DNA of 63,378 nucleotides, the filler included, from Choristocarpus tenellus KU-1152 (lineage: Eukaryota > Protista > Phaeophyceae), in assembly GCA_964200185.2 (NCBI GenBank). It is 7 parts of 7 records of this genome, joined end to end, with 100 filler letters (N's around TTAATTAATTAA, not from the genome) between each part and the next. Parts side by side here need not be neighbours in the genome. Positions count along the whole stretch, not along the records: positions 25,808 to 42,336 come from CAXNAD020000812.1; positions 42,437 to 47,265 come from CAXNAD020012907.1; positions 47,366 to 56,260 come from CAXNAD020004221.1; 4 more parts are not named here. One strand, written 5' to 3'. Positions 38,001 to 49,945 of this stretch are shown piece by piece; positions within the stretch are counted from its first letter, which is position 1; every line of letters starts with the position of its first letter. The notes under the pieces were generated by a model that worked only from the letters and a program-made list of their open reading frames with translations, searched no databases and was not told the DNA's origin. The position numbers and the translations under genes are program-made.

Positions 38001-41000
38001 TAATCAACATAGTGGCAATGGGGTGGGATCAGGTGCGCTCAATTCTTTGCTAATCTCTGATGAATACTAATATTTCAAATGAAAGATGTGCGTCAACATA
38101 ACTGAGGTCATCAACCATCAAAGAATACTTTGGATAAGTGTAGTCGTTGACAGTGATTTCTCATTCAGGCAAATTGCGCTTAGATTATTATAGGCTAGGG
38201 GAGAGTAGAGAGTGGAGAGTGGAAAGTGGTTGATATTGTGTACAACGCTCTGATTGGTACTCACAATCTTGACAAAAGGAATATGGTAATTGAATTTTAT
38301 TTGCTTCGTACGAAACTAAACTACGAAAAATGCTTCATCTCATGTGGAAGAAACTGATTCATTGGGGGGATGGGGCACAGGTGTGAAAATAGAGCTACCT
38401 TCTCACCCATGTCATTCCTCAAATTTAGAATTTGGTGTTTGTCTCTTGGATACAACACCCGACATGTGTTGATACTCCTGCTCCAGTGAGAGGGAAGTTG
38501 ACTTGGTTTATTTGCTGAGGCCTTCAACCCCTGCCGATTAAATGGGGTTCCTGGGCCACACATAGCTTCAACTTCTACTCACTCCTACATTGTTGCTAAA
38601 CGTATACCTGTAACCCTTCCTGCACGTACTGCTCTCCTTCTTTTTCTTGCTGCCAAGAAGAATATTCAAAATACTATCTTGACCGATCCAACCCAACAAT
38701 ACTTCGTCCCACTCCTCCTCCCCCTACTTCCACCTATCACTCATAAAGAGCGTCTCATCTGTCTCAGTCCCATTTTTCCCTGAGTCTCTTTCACCACTTC
38801 CCCCCTCCAACATCCCCAATGCTATTGCGCAGTATGTGAGCGAACCGTTCAATGTATTCGATGCCCTAATCGTGCTAACCTCCTTGGTTGAGTGCGCCCT
38901 TGCCTTTACACTGGAGAACCCAGGAGGGGGGATATCAGCTCTTCGAGCCTTTCGCCTTTTCAGGGTATTCAAGCTTGCCAAGAGTTGGAAAGGTCTACAG
39001 GTGAGATAGTCAATACAACACCAATATATGAAAGGAAAAAATATGTAGTTTCTTTTGAGTGCAACCAATTGTCTCTGATTTGAAGGCCTTAGCTATGGAT
39101 CCTGAGCAGCATATTTGAACATGATAGATAACATGGAGGTACTCCAGAGTAGATGTTATGGGAACAATGCCTGGTCAAGAGTCAGCATTACTCTGGGCAT
39201 ATGTTGTGGACGAGGCTCTACCTCCCCCTGTCCATGATACACCCCCTCCCCATGTCCCCTGATACCTTGAACATCTGCTCTGATTGCTCCCTGTAACAAC
39301 ATCTGATTTGAATCATTAATCAACAAGGCAGTTCAGTGGGGTAACATTGAAACTCCTCCTATGAAACCTCATAAAATTTCATTTTTTCTCATCTCCCCCT
39401 TTCCCTTGCCAACCACAGCTCATTTTCTGATCACAATGCACGTTCCTCTCCTCACTACAGCCATCCTAATAAAATTACCATACCCCCATCTATAATCCTA
39501 GGATATCCTCCAGGCCATGCAACGGACCGTTTTGCAGGTTGGCAACTTTGCCGTACTGCTTTTTCTCTTCATCTATATCTATGCCCTGGTGGGCATGCAG
39601 GCGAGATTCTTTCATGCTCTTCCCCCATCTGGTTTAAGGATCCCATTTTTGGGGAGTAGAGCTGACCAGCATTATATGTTCATTTGCGAGGAGATACTGC
39701 CTGGCCGGACACACATACCAGACTTTATGGAAAAGAAACTTCCTAAGAAAAAACCAATACAAACCAAGATATATTCACGCTTTGCCTTTTTCGTGATTGT
39801 GTGCCTCTTTTGAGCTTTGTGCCTTACATCCTATTTTCATGTCTTATGGGCACAAAAGAAGTTGTCAAAAACGAAGGTGCCACAGGACAAGAGAGGTTAA
39901 CGAAAAAGATCACTGCAATTGCACAAAGAACCTTTTCACATTGCACAAAAATAAAAAGGGTTTTGACCCTTTCTGGGGATCTTTAACATGCAACCACGTA
40001 TACTTCTTTGGTCAATATGACTCATACGATGCAGACTTTTCTCACCACATGATCCTATCTGAGCATTGGAAAATTTCCCATATATTGGGCATCTGATTGT
40101 ATCTTGCATGAATAGTTCTTCTCCGGAGTAAGATCATTATATCATTGCATGAAGTGGATGCAGGACACTGTCCCTAACGCAATTACAAGTTTAATTTTTT
40201 ACTCATTCAATGATGTCATTTATCGGCTATGACCTATGATTTTCAAGAGGACCTTGCTGTGATCATCAGTGGCACAAGCACAGCAAGGCCCCTCCCAGAT
40301 CAAATGTAATCTTGTTGCATCTCATGCCCTGCCTTGCCTATCTCCTGTTTCTCCCCCAGTTCTTCTCCAACCGTCTACACTTTGACCCTGAGTCTGGTGC
40401 GGCACTATCCATCACTGAGACTGGATATGAGGATGCCTACGTACCAAGAGCAAATTTCGATACTTTTTTGTGGGCAATGGTTACTGTCTTCCAGGTTGAT
40501 CCCCGTGTGCAAATTTTGGAAGTGTCATGAACGTGCTAAGGACCCAAATTCTAGTCTTCCTTTATGGTTCTAGATTGGTAGGCTAGAAAAGTAGCTCTAG
40601 CATAAGTACATGCTATAGAAATTTAACTGAGTAGCAAGTTTGCACTCAAGCTAAGCTGTGTTCTGTTTCTATTGCCTCCCTGATTATACCTGCAAAACAT
40701 CTGTGGTAATATAGTACTTCTTGAAGTAGTACTTGAAGTAACATGGAAATAGTCCAGTTTGCCACAGCACTGCACCTCATGCACACGTTAGTTACACCAT
40801 CACTGCGCTTATACTGTCACTGCATTATACCCAGGAGGAATCAATGACGGTTTATTGCTCTAAGCTCTGTCTCGAATCTTATAGTAGGTGGAAGGTTCGA
40901 GACTCTAGTCCAATGTACTCCTGCGTCCTAGAAAAAAAAATTGCGAGTAGGAGTGAAAGCCTTGACTGCTACTTTGAGCTTCTTACATATTTTATACATA

Positions 41001-41896
41001 ATTTTACTCCACTCCCCAACCTGAGTATACAGATGCCTAATCAAATTTCAATTCTGTTTGAGGTTCTGAGAATTGGAGCTACACCCATATGGTACACAAT
41101 CGAATTCTTCTGCACAAAAATGAAAAAGTGGAAGGAGGGAATTTACTGTAGAGGTCTAATCCCAAAGGGTAACACTTTGAATTTCTAGACCCCTTTCAGT
41201 TTCATCGCTATATATTTTGGTCAGTCACATCCAGAGTCAAAGTATCTTAGAGGGTAGATCCGCGTCCGTTTGGAGGCCAAAATCCAATGTTGCGATTTCG
41301 ATGTAATTTTGGATATCGTGTTAATTAGGAAGTGTCAATATCCTTGTTCTGGACTCACCTTTTCATAACTTATTCATTTTGCCTACTCCGAAACATTTCA
41401 GAGTAGGCAAAATGTGTCGTAAAAAACTCATGGGAAGCCAAGCCCCAAACGGACAAACAGGGAAAAACTCGTACCCTAACCCTAACATACTTTCACTCAC
41501 CACTACCACTAACCCATCTCACTATTCTATTGTGTTGATCTCCCCCCCCACCTCCCTTTCACCGCCCCAAATCTATGCACCTAACTGTTTCCTCTGGATT
41601 CCGCTTTCCTAGCATGTGTACAAGCTTGCCGGTGCGCTTACTACTCACCTCAATCCCAAACCCTCCTCTCTTTGCCATGAAATCTCGTTGCGAAGGTTCT
41701 CACAGGAGAAAACTGGAACACCATAATGTATGACTGCTGGCGTTCTACAAGCTTCATTGCACCTCTGTACTTCCTTTCTCTGGTAATCTTGGGCGGCTTC
41801 ATTGTGATGAACATATTCCTGGCCATCTTGCTATCTAACTTTGAGGGAGACAAAAATATGTTCGTGTCCAAACGTCCTGAGTACAAACTAGTCAAG
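29084..41896 (+). CDS. Voltage-gated Ca2+ channel alpha subunit (Cav/Nav superfamily), domains I-II; truncated by the contig end
   Basis: Fifteen phase-consistent exons: 29084-29374, 30031-30212, 30856-30954, 31908-32033, 33607-33808, 34353-34421, 34958-35131, 35631-35810, 36496(or 36493)-36543, 37474-37631, 37921-38032, 38833-39000, 39502-39600, 40360-40494 and 41696-41896. Motifs: DPWNRLDFVV, S4 LRSARMLKPLRSLRR and LRAFRLFRVFKLAKSW, P-loops TMEGW and TGENW, S6 MLNLVLAVI and MNIFLAILL. Confidence 0.93.
41234..41498 (+). mobile_element. Family-2 MITE in a channel intron
   Basis: GAGTCAAAGTATCTTAGAGGGTA...ATACTTTCACTC; homologous to 6350-6790. Confidence 0.75.
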
Positions 41897-42243
41897 GTGC
41901 GAGACTTTCAAGTGTTCTGAGTAACAAGATTGCGGCCTGGCTCTTGCAACCACTGCTCTTGTCCCTGTCCCTACCACTAAATTAGACTCCACACTTCCTT
42001 ACTTCAACATAGAGGCTAAAATATAGAGTACTACCATTAATATTTTGAAGTAGCACATACGTTCAATCATGGAGCCAACCTCTCTGGGATTGGGAGAATG
42101 TAAAGTTTCAAAAGGTCATATGCAAGTACATATTCCCTTGGAGGGTAATGCAGTCAATGGAAAGCAACTCAATGGAACATTGAAGTGTTGCCATGTTAAG
42201 GAAATTAGAGTTGACACAAGCATGACCTACTATTGTTGCATCA

Positions 42244-42336
42244 GGCTCAAAGTATCTGGGGGGGGGGGGGGGGTCTACACCAAGGGGTACATTGGGACCC
42301 CAAGGGGGGGAAGGGCACCCAATTTATCTATCGCAA
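42244..42336 (+). mobile_element. Family-1 MITE start, cut by the contig end
   Basis: TCA|GGCTCAAAGTATCTG(G)nTCTACACC. Confidence 0.7.
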
Positions 42337-42436
42337 NNNNNNNNNNNNNNNNNNNNNNNNNNNNNNNNNNNNNNNNNNNNTTAATTAATTAANNNNNNNN
42401 NNNNNNNNNNNNNNNNNNNNNNNNNNNNNNNNNNNN
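42337..42436. other. Artificial contig linker
   Basis: N44-TTAATTAATTAA-N44. Confidence 0.97.
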
Positions 42437-42535
42437 ATACAATCCAAAATCACCAAAGGAAATTCCATGCTCTCTAGTACCCAATAGGTACCCAATCACT
42501 CTCCTAGCATTCAACCAACCAGACCAACTTGGTAA

Positions 42536-42630
42536 CTGTATCTTTACCTATATCTTTGCCTATATCTTTACCTACATATTTGCCAATATCTTTTCCGGTA
42601 TCTTTGCCTGTATCATTGCCCATATCTTTG
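42536..42630. repeat. Degenerate 12-bp tandem repeat (TATCTTTGCCTA-like) next to the Copia 3' end
   Basis: Direct reading; gives the GKDIGKDT / SLPISLPI ORFs. Confidence 0.7.
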
Positions 42631-42711
42631 CATATGTATACGTTTAGACGTTTAGACGCACACGCATGCATAGCTAGGCACCATACATACAGCAAGATGT
42701 CGAGAAATATG

Positions 42712-45700
42712 CTAACTGTAAAGAGAGTAGAGATTCTCCACACACGAAGCCAACTCTCTAACTGCAAATGTTACATCAGGTCTAGTCATAATAGCAGCCC
42801 ATTGTATACCACCAATCATAGATCTGTAGTCATCTGGAACAGGTCCCTCCTGCTCCACTCGCTTTGTGATAGACGGTAGCTCGTAAGTCGTGCCAATACC
42901 ATGCCTTTCCGCNNNNNNNNNNACCACAAGTGTCCCAGTTTTCCTGTTCCTCCTGATCCTGCATCCCATAAATTTGGTTACCTCACCCAAATTCACCACT
43001 GGGAACTTCTCATTTAGTCCCTCTATGATACGCACAGCATAACCAGCCACTGATTCCTCAGCCATCAGCATGCCATCCAAGGACAATCATGATCATCACA
43101 GTCTTACCATCCACAATCATTCTGAACAGACATGGATCTGCCTCAGATTGTTCCAAGCCCAGCTCCAGCAAAGTTTCCACCAGCAGAAAATTTTAGTTGT
43201 CCTAGTCCCGCCTTGGACCTCTGCACTCTCCCTTTGCCATCCATCTGCCTCGGTCGAAAACCATTTTTGTCCCTAGTACCTTGTGACCATCAGTGGGGCA
43301 AGCTACTTGAATCCACACTCCCCTGCTATCCAGATCATCCACTTCTTGATGAATAGCAGCTTTCCACAAAGGCCTCTCCTCACACTCTGTCGCTGCTCTC
43401 ATGGTCTTAGGTTCTGGTGGGAGGGGTTTATCTTTCCCACCCGCACGTAGACCTGCCAGTCTTCGCTCATACCTTAGTGTCCGTTCCAATGGTTCACCAG
43501 GTTCAGATGAGGGGTCGTGGTTATGATCCACTAGTCACAGTAACAACTTTCCACCACTCCCCTGCTGTGACATAGGTGGATCCATACCACCAGTACCAAT
43601 GTTCAGCATCCCATCAGTACTTCCATTTTCCAAATCCAAACCCACTTTTTCCGAAGACACACCTTTTGAAGTCTTTTCCTCTGGAACATCCTTTTCCGAT
43701 CCCAAAGAAATTTCCTCCAGCACCAAATCTTCAGTGCTCAGCCCAAAGCCGTCTATTTTCTCCAAGATTCCATCCCCAGTCTTGTTAATCCCAGAGACAG
43801 AATAAGGATCCCAAACATTGTCACGCATGTTGACTATTTGTCTCTTCGTTGTATAGGGTACTGGTTTCCAATGAGCCTTGCCAATAGCGCACCCCTTGCA
43901 GTATTGTTGCCACTCTCCAGAGAGATTGATCCCACGTTCCTTGGCGTACCTGCGTACCATAGCCTCATGGCAATGACCCAGCTGATGACGCATTTGATGT
44001 ATGTCCATACTCCTAGTGGGTCTCATTCCCCCACTCAGCCCCCATGGGGCAGTGACAAATGCTCCAGCCCCACCCTGGGCGAGCTCATCAAATGCTACAA
44101 CATCCTCCTCTGACGTTGCTTTCGGACTAGTTGACCCCCCTGGATCAAACTCTGGCGGAGCCATCTTTGGGGTAGGTCCTTCCCCCCCAACTTTCCCGTC
44201 TGGGACAATGGCATTAACTTTAACCCCCTCAGGGGAAAGTGTACTCATCGCTACTTCATCCTCCACTGATATAGTAACCTCCAACATCATTCTTCCTCAC
44301 CCCTCTAGGGCGAGATCGAAATCTCTAACCCGTTCCTGTGCACAATCGAATCTTCTAACCCCTTCCTGGGCGAGGTTATCAGATGCCACAACATCCTCCT
44401 CTGATGTTGCGTTTGCTCCAGTCGATCGCTCCAGATCAATATCCATTCCAGCCACCTTTGAGGTAGGCCTCTCCTACTCAACCGTTCCCCCTGGGTCGAT
44501 GGCATCACCTGAAACCCCCTCGAGGGTATTCACTCCTGTCGCTGCAACATCCTCCTCTGACATTGCAGTCTCCTCAGACTTCCCACCTGTGACGTTATCT
44601 CCTCCAGCCCTTGTCAGGGCGAGTGTGTCTGTTCTCGCCTCCCCCTCGGCTAGAACTAGTCCTGATACAATCCTCTCTGTCATGTCAGATACTTCCGGTA
44701 GTTGTATTGAGGGCAGGTCAGGAATTGTCAAGAAGCTTCTTCGATTAACTTTCAATGTAAACAATCCATAATTCTTCCCACTTCTCTTCACAAATTCTAA
44801 TCCAAGTCCTCCAGAAGAAGGGGTTAATCGCAGAGAATGTTCCCCTTTCCTAAATAAGTTTCCCCCTGATTGTTTCCCTGCTTGTATCATTGAGAAGAGA
44901 TTAAATTCTAACCCAGGAACAAATGACACATTGTGCAAGATGAATGAAGTTTGAAACTTCCCCATTCTGTACACAAGATAGTGACAAATTACCTATGGCC
45001 GAAACTTGTAGAACCTTTCTATCCCCAACAGTCACCGATGTCCCTACCACAAGTTTTGGATCTATCAGAGCAGTAGGATTATTTGTCATTCATATGAACC
45101 GAACACACCCACTGTCAAAGAACCAAAGTTCATCCACTTCCACAATACTTCCATCATTGCTTGCCGATGAGAATCCTCCAAGCTGAACTGGTGTATCATT
45201 AGCTTTCTGTTCACCATCACCAGCTTCACCAGCGTTGCTTGTATTGCCACTCCCCTTTCCTTTACCATTCTTCTTCCTTTGGGGAGTTTGTCCAGACGAT
45301 CGTTGACCCGATTCTCCCAAACCACCAGCGCGTTTGGGACAATTGTAAGCCTTGTGTCCTTTTTCTCCACGACATAACAAGAACCTGTGTAACGGGACGA
45401 AACGACGGTGGGACAAGAAGATTGAAAGTGTGGTCCTCCACACTGCCAGCACTCCACACGTCTTGGCTGCCCATCATTCAAAAAACCAGCATTTCCATTT
45501 CTCGATTGGGGACCTCCAACCATCAATGAATGCACCACCATTCCCATCCTTCGTTCACGCGGTCGTTTATGAAGTCGATATGTTTCGCAAACTCGTTTTT
45601 GGAGATCCATCTGTGCTGCCCAACCACAACCTGTGACCTGGCGAATCTCAATGAAGTATTCGTCGGTCAAACAATTATGCATTGCACTTAATTGCTCATC

Positions 45701-45870
45701 ACTTGGTTCATCATCAAGGGATCGCATTTTCTACAACAATGCTGTCCAGTTCCATGATGGCTGTGGACGGATCCTCTCCAGCAGGTATATGTAGCGAATT
45801 AAGCTTCGATCTCATGGTAGCCCTTTCAGTGATACCACTTCTCCTAAAGTGGTTCCTTAAGGCTTGGTAA
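42712..45870 (-). mobile_element. Degenerate, internally deleted Ty1/Copia LTR retrotransposon (gag-pol relic)
   Basis: Zinc knuckles CWQCGGPHFQSSC and (C)RGEKGHKAYNC; protease WFFDSGC, VTVGDRKVLQVSAIG, LHNVSFVPGLEFNLFS; GAG-pre-integrase HQLGH...CKGCAIGK; RT pieces WKAAIHQEVDDL...GHKVLGTKMVF, NLGEVTKFMG and YRSMIGGIQWAAIMTRPDVTFAVREL. Many frameshifts. Confidence 0.88.
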
Positions 45871-45889
45871 GCTTCCGAAGGACTGTCAT

Positions 45890-46460
45890 GGTTGAGTCTT
45901 GAGCAGGTTCTGTGATGGGAGGGGGTGGGTCTTGAGCAGGGTCTGTGGTGTGTGGTGGTTGGTCTTGGGCAGGTTCAGTGGTGTGTTTGTAGGGGTCTTG
46001 GGCAAGATATGTGGTGGGTGATGGTCTTGGACGGGAATTGTGGTGGGTAGTGGGAGTCTTGAGCAAGATATGTGGTGGGTGATGGTCTTGGACGGGGATT
46101 GTGGTGGGTAGCGGGAATCTTGAGCAGGATTTGTCCTTGGTTATGGTGGTCTTGAACAGAATTTGTGGTGGGTGGTCGGAATCTTGAGCAGGAGATTTGG
46201 TTGGTATGAAGGTGTTTCTTGGGCATTCTGTGGAATAGGTCTTGGGCAGGAGATGTGGTTGGTATGAAGGTGTTTCTTGAGCATTCCGTGGAATAGGTCT
46301 TGACCAGGTTCAGTGGTGTGTGTGGTGGGTAGTCCGAATCTTGGGCAGGAGATGTGGTTGGTATGAAGGTGTTTCTTGAGCATTCTGTGGAATGGGTCTT
46401 GACCATGTTCAGTGGTGGGTGTGTGGTGTGTGACTTGGGGGGGGGGGGATCTTGAACAGG
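45890..46460. repeat. Compound tandem repeats (GGTCTTGAGCAGG...TGTGGT core; about 30, 57 and 120 bp periods) upstream of the Copia gag
   Basis: Repeated blocks such as GATATGTGGTGGGTGATGGTCTTGGACGGG x2 and GGTTGGTATGAAGGTGTTTCTTG x3. Confidence 0.75.
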
Positions 46461-47265
46461 GAATGTGAAGTGTGTGTGGGGGGTGCTCTTGGGTAAGTGA
46501 TATGGTGTGAGGATGGGGATGGTCTTGAGCAAGTGATGTGGAGTGTGTATGGGGGTGCTAGGGAGCAATGAGTGAGGTGGTAAATGGTATGGAGGGTAAT
46601 GACAGTTTAGTGGGGGCGTAGGGTCAATGGGAGAGGTGAGTGGGGTAGAGGTGGGAGTAGGTTGTACCGGGAGGGCAGGTGGGCTTAGGGTGTCAGTTGG
46701 TCGGTGGAGTGCGTAGGTAAAGACGGAAGGGCAGGTGTGGAAATGTTGTGGGTGAGAAGGTGGCGGGTTGGGGGGGGGGGACACAAGGAGAAGTACAAGG
46801 AGTACAAGGCGTCCAAGCTCCGAAATCCGTGTCTGGCCATTGTAATTCAGTAGATGTGGGTGTGGATAGTCACTGTAGCCCAGCCAGTAGTCGCCATAGC
46901 ACAGGTGGAGTACACAAATGACGGCTCGAACCAGGTACCAGCAGGACAATGAAGGACAGTGAGACAGGTGATGGTGAGTGCTGCTGCAACAGTCCAGTGA
47001 AGGTGACTTGCCAATTTTTAGGGAGATGGAAGTCCCAATGCCGGGGGCACTGATGGAGTGGGCAGTGGTAAAAAGGGTGTGACAAGAGGTGGTGGGTGGT
47101 GTGTTGGACCGGAGGGATTAGCCAGTGGAGGAGCTGTGCAGCCAGGGTGAGGTATGATTGTGGTGAGGTCGGTTGTGGGTGTGTCTTGTACTGTGAGTGT
47201 ATGCTTGGTTGCGATTGGTGCTGGGGTGGGGGCATCGGGTGGTGGTGAGGTGGGGACAGTTGGGC

Positions 47266-47365
47266 NNNNNNNNNNNNNNNNNNNNNNNNNNNNNNNNNNN
47301 NNNNNNNNNTTAATTAATTAANNNNNNNNNNNNNNNNNNNNNNNNNNNNNNNNNNNNNNNNNNNN
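47266..47365. other. Artificial contig linker
   Basis: N44-TTAATTAATTAA-N44. Confidence 0.97.
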
Positions 47366-47434
47366 CTAAAAATCGCGACATGGAAAAATTGACCCCAAGT
47401 GGACAGCTGCCACCCCCTCTCAGATACTTTGAGC
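47366..47434 (+). mobile_element. 3' half of a family-1 MITE at the contig start
   Basis: AAAATCGCGACATGGAAAAAT...CAGATACTTTGAGCC. Confidence 0.75.
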
Positions 47435-49945
47435 CTAGGGAGTGTGCAACGCAATTATTACAGAGTATTGAAATAAAAAGCAGACCCCAATCACCTTAAA
47501 CATCTCTTAATGTATGAACCCTATATTTGTGGTAGATACGAGTAGTTAGAGTCCAGATTAAAATAACTTGTTATTGGAAATGACAACAAACTATTATTGT
47601 AAAAATTCTTGTAGTTTCCTACAACGTAGTTTGTTTAGATCTTATCCCTTACCTGAACACGTTCGTAAGGTATCTACAAAATTGTCAGTGGGCACAATAT
47701 GCGTACGTATATATATATATATATATATCATCTTCATACAAAATATATATTATGCCCTGAACATTTTGCAGATGTGTCAGGGAAAAAGCCAAAACAATAT
47801 CACAACCACACCTGTAAAAGCAACAGTGCGTTTGTCGCAATTGTGAAAGACATTTCTCAAGAACTATTTACTATTTGTGTTTAATCTATTCTACAACACT
47901 CCCTTAAAGGCTCGCAATTACAATGTTATTTGTGTGCACTGCTGTTACGCCTCCAACTCAGCTTAGCCCTACACAACTGGGCGAGGAGCTAGGGAAGCAT
48001 CCCAATAATCTGACAGGCCCCTACTTGCCCATCTCCCTGGTGTCTCCAGCTTTAAATGCATAATACTTCTTGGGAGAGTCTCTTTTGTAGCGACAGACTC
48101 TATCAGTAGTAAGCGAGATTTAACATCCCCTTTCCTGCTATAACCTCCTGCCCCTCTCCCACCTACTGTATGTGTAGCCAACTCATCCAGAAACTTCTGG
48201 TTGCTTACCGACCCGCCCAAAACTTTCCACCACGAAGAGGTGTTGAAGTCAAAACTACATAATATTGTGCCCGAGTTTAAAACGTACTACTATTACCTAA
48301 GTAAAGGTAGGTAGGGGTTAGACAAGCACCATTGTACCATCAGTCACCCTCAAGTACCTGTAGCAAGAACCTTGTCAAAACAAACAACACCGCAATCTAT
48401 ATATTGAAATTACATCAACCCAAAGTAATGTAAAAATCATATTTTTGTCAGGTTTCGTCAACTAGGTTTAGAGACTGAGACGTTGTATCATCGTGGGGGT
48501 TGTCCCCCAACTCTTAGGTATTAAGATTGCTCCCTACATGAATTTTGAGGGTTCAAGAGTTTGAACCCATTCAACAGACTTCTTTTAAACAGAAATATCT
48601 AAATATCTAATTTCGATTATCCAAATTCCATGTCGTACAGTGAGGACTACAATTTTAGTTGTCGGGATATATATACATGTTTTGATATCTATAACAATAA
48701 TAGCACTAGAGAACAAAAACCCGAAAAAGGGACGAAGTGGAAAGGTTTCATTGATGAGTGACGGCGAGAGAAGTATAGTTCAAGATCCGAGGGAGGAGGT
48801 GTAAGGTAGAATGAAGACTGAAGATAGTCAGGAAAAAACAAAAAACTAAGGAGGGACCATAAAGTTAGTTCTACTACTATTAAAGTCAATAGTATAACGA
48901 GAAGTACTAGTAGTGGTTTAGTACTAGAAGTTTTGCCGTGTGTGTGTTGGTATAATGTAACAAAATGTACATTTTTTCTATTTGATGAGTAAAACGAACT
49001 ACTACTACTGCCTGTTCATTACGATAAGGAGTGCGCTGTGTGTAGAGTACAGTTAGATTCTGTACTTCTTTGATGAGTATCTAGCTCACACAAACTATTT
49101 TTTTCAGACTATTGCTGTCTTCAAGAGTTGCAACTTTGTCATTGTGTCATTCTGACTGATCTCTAACTCGCCCAAGGACATACTTCTTCCTCTTTCTCTT
49201 GTTTTAGTCCATATAAATGTACTACTACTACTGCAACAACAATACTGAAATAGTTGTAGTCCTAGTTACTTCTTGTCTATTTGTTGTGTGATGCACTTTT
49301 TGGATCGAACCAGTACTTTGTAACACAAGGATTAATCTATGATACTTGGGATAGTAACCGTACTAGACCCCTCATGGGTCATACATTCCTACTTTTGTAT
49401 TATAGGTTCTTTCTCCTCAAAAGATTGAGGAAGTTGGGGTTCTTGAGAGAATCCATTGATCCACACAATATATTATACAGGTTGAACTATAACAATATGT
49501 TGGGAGGATAATCGATAGGTTTATATTCTATATGGATTTGTCGAATCATATAATTGGTTCCCCAGAGGTTCCATCCTTTGGAAACTTAGTATCCACATCA
49601 ATTTTTTACTGAGGGGTTTTGATGTTGTGATGCCAGTACTAGAAGCTGTAGTGGAGAATTAGTTCCTAGAACAATATTGTTCAAACATATCTTCATTGAG
49701 TTCACACTATGTACTTACTTCCTCCTTATTATGTGTTGGGTGTCGGTGTATTTGGAGAAATCGATTTCCGTTCAAGAAAGTTTGAAAAAGGACCAACCGT
49801 TCAATTCCACATACGATGCAACCATTGATGCACACCAACGGCTCAATCAATTGCTCGAAGAACAACGGCTACCGTCCACTCCCACTCTCCATATACCACT
49901 TCACTAAACAAACCCTTGTAGTAGACACTGGGGGGGGGGGGTTCC

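Noticed and set aside
29084-41896. Two-pore channel or single-domain EukCat channel
   Set aside because: Two linked 6-TM domains carry Cav-type domain I/II motifs with no EF-hand linker, and the last exon ends at a splice donor without a stop. It is best read as a truncated four-domain channel.
44001-44771. 256-aa Ser-rich plus-strand ORF
   Set aside because: It is the antisense shadow of the Copia polyprotein.
45975-46949. 324-aa Pro/His/Thr-rich ORF
   Set aside because: It arises from strand-biased GT-rich, tandemly repeated DNA with few stop codons; no domain signal.
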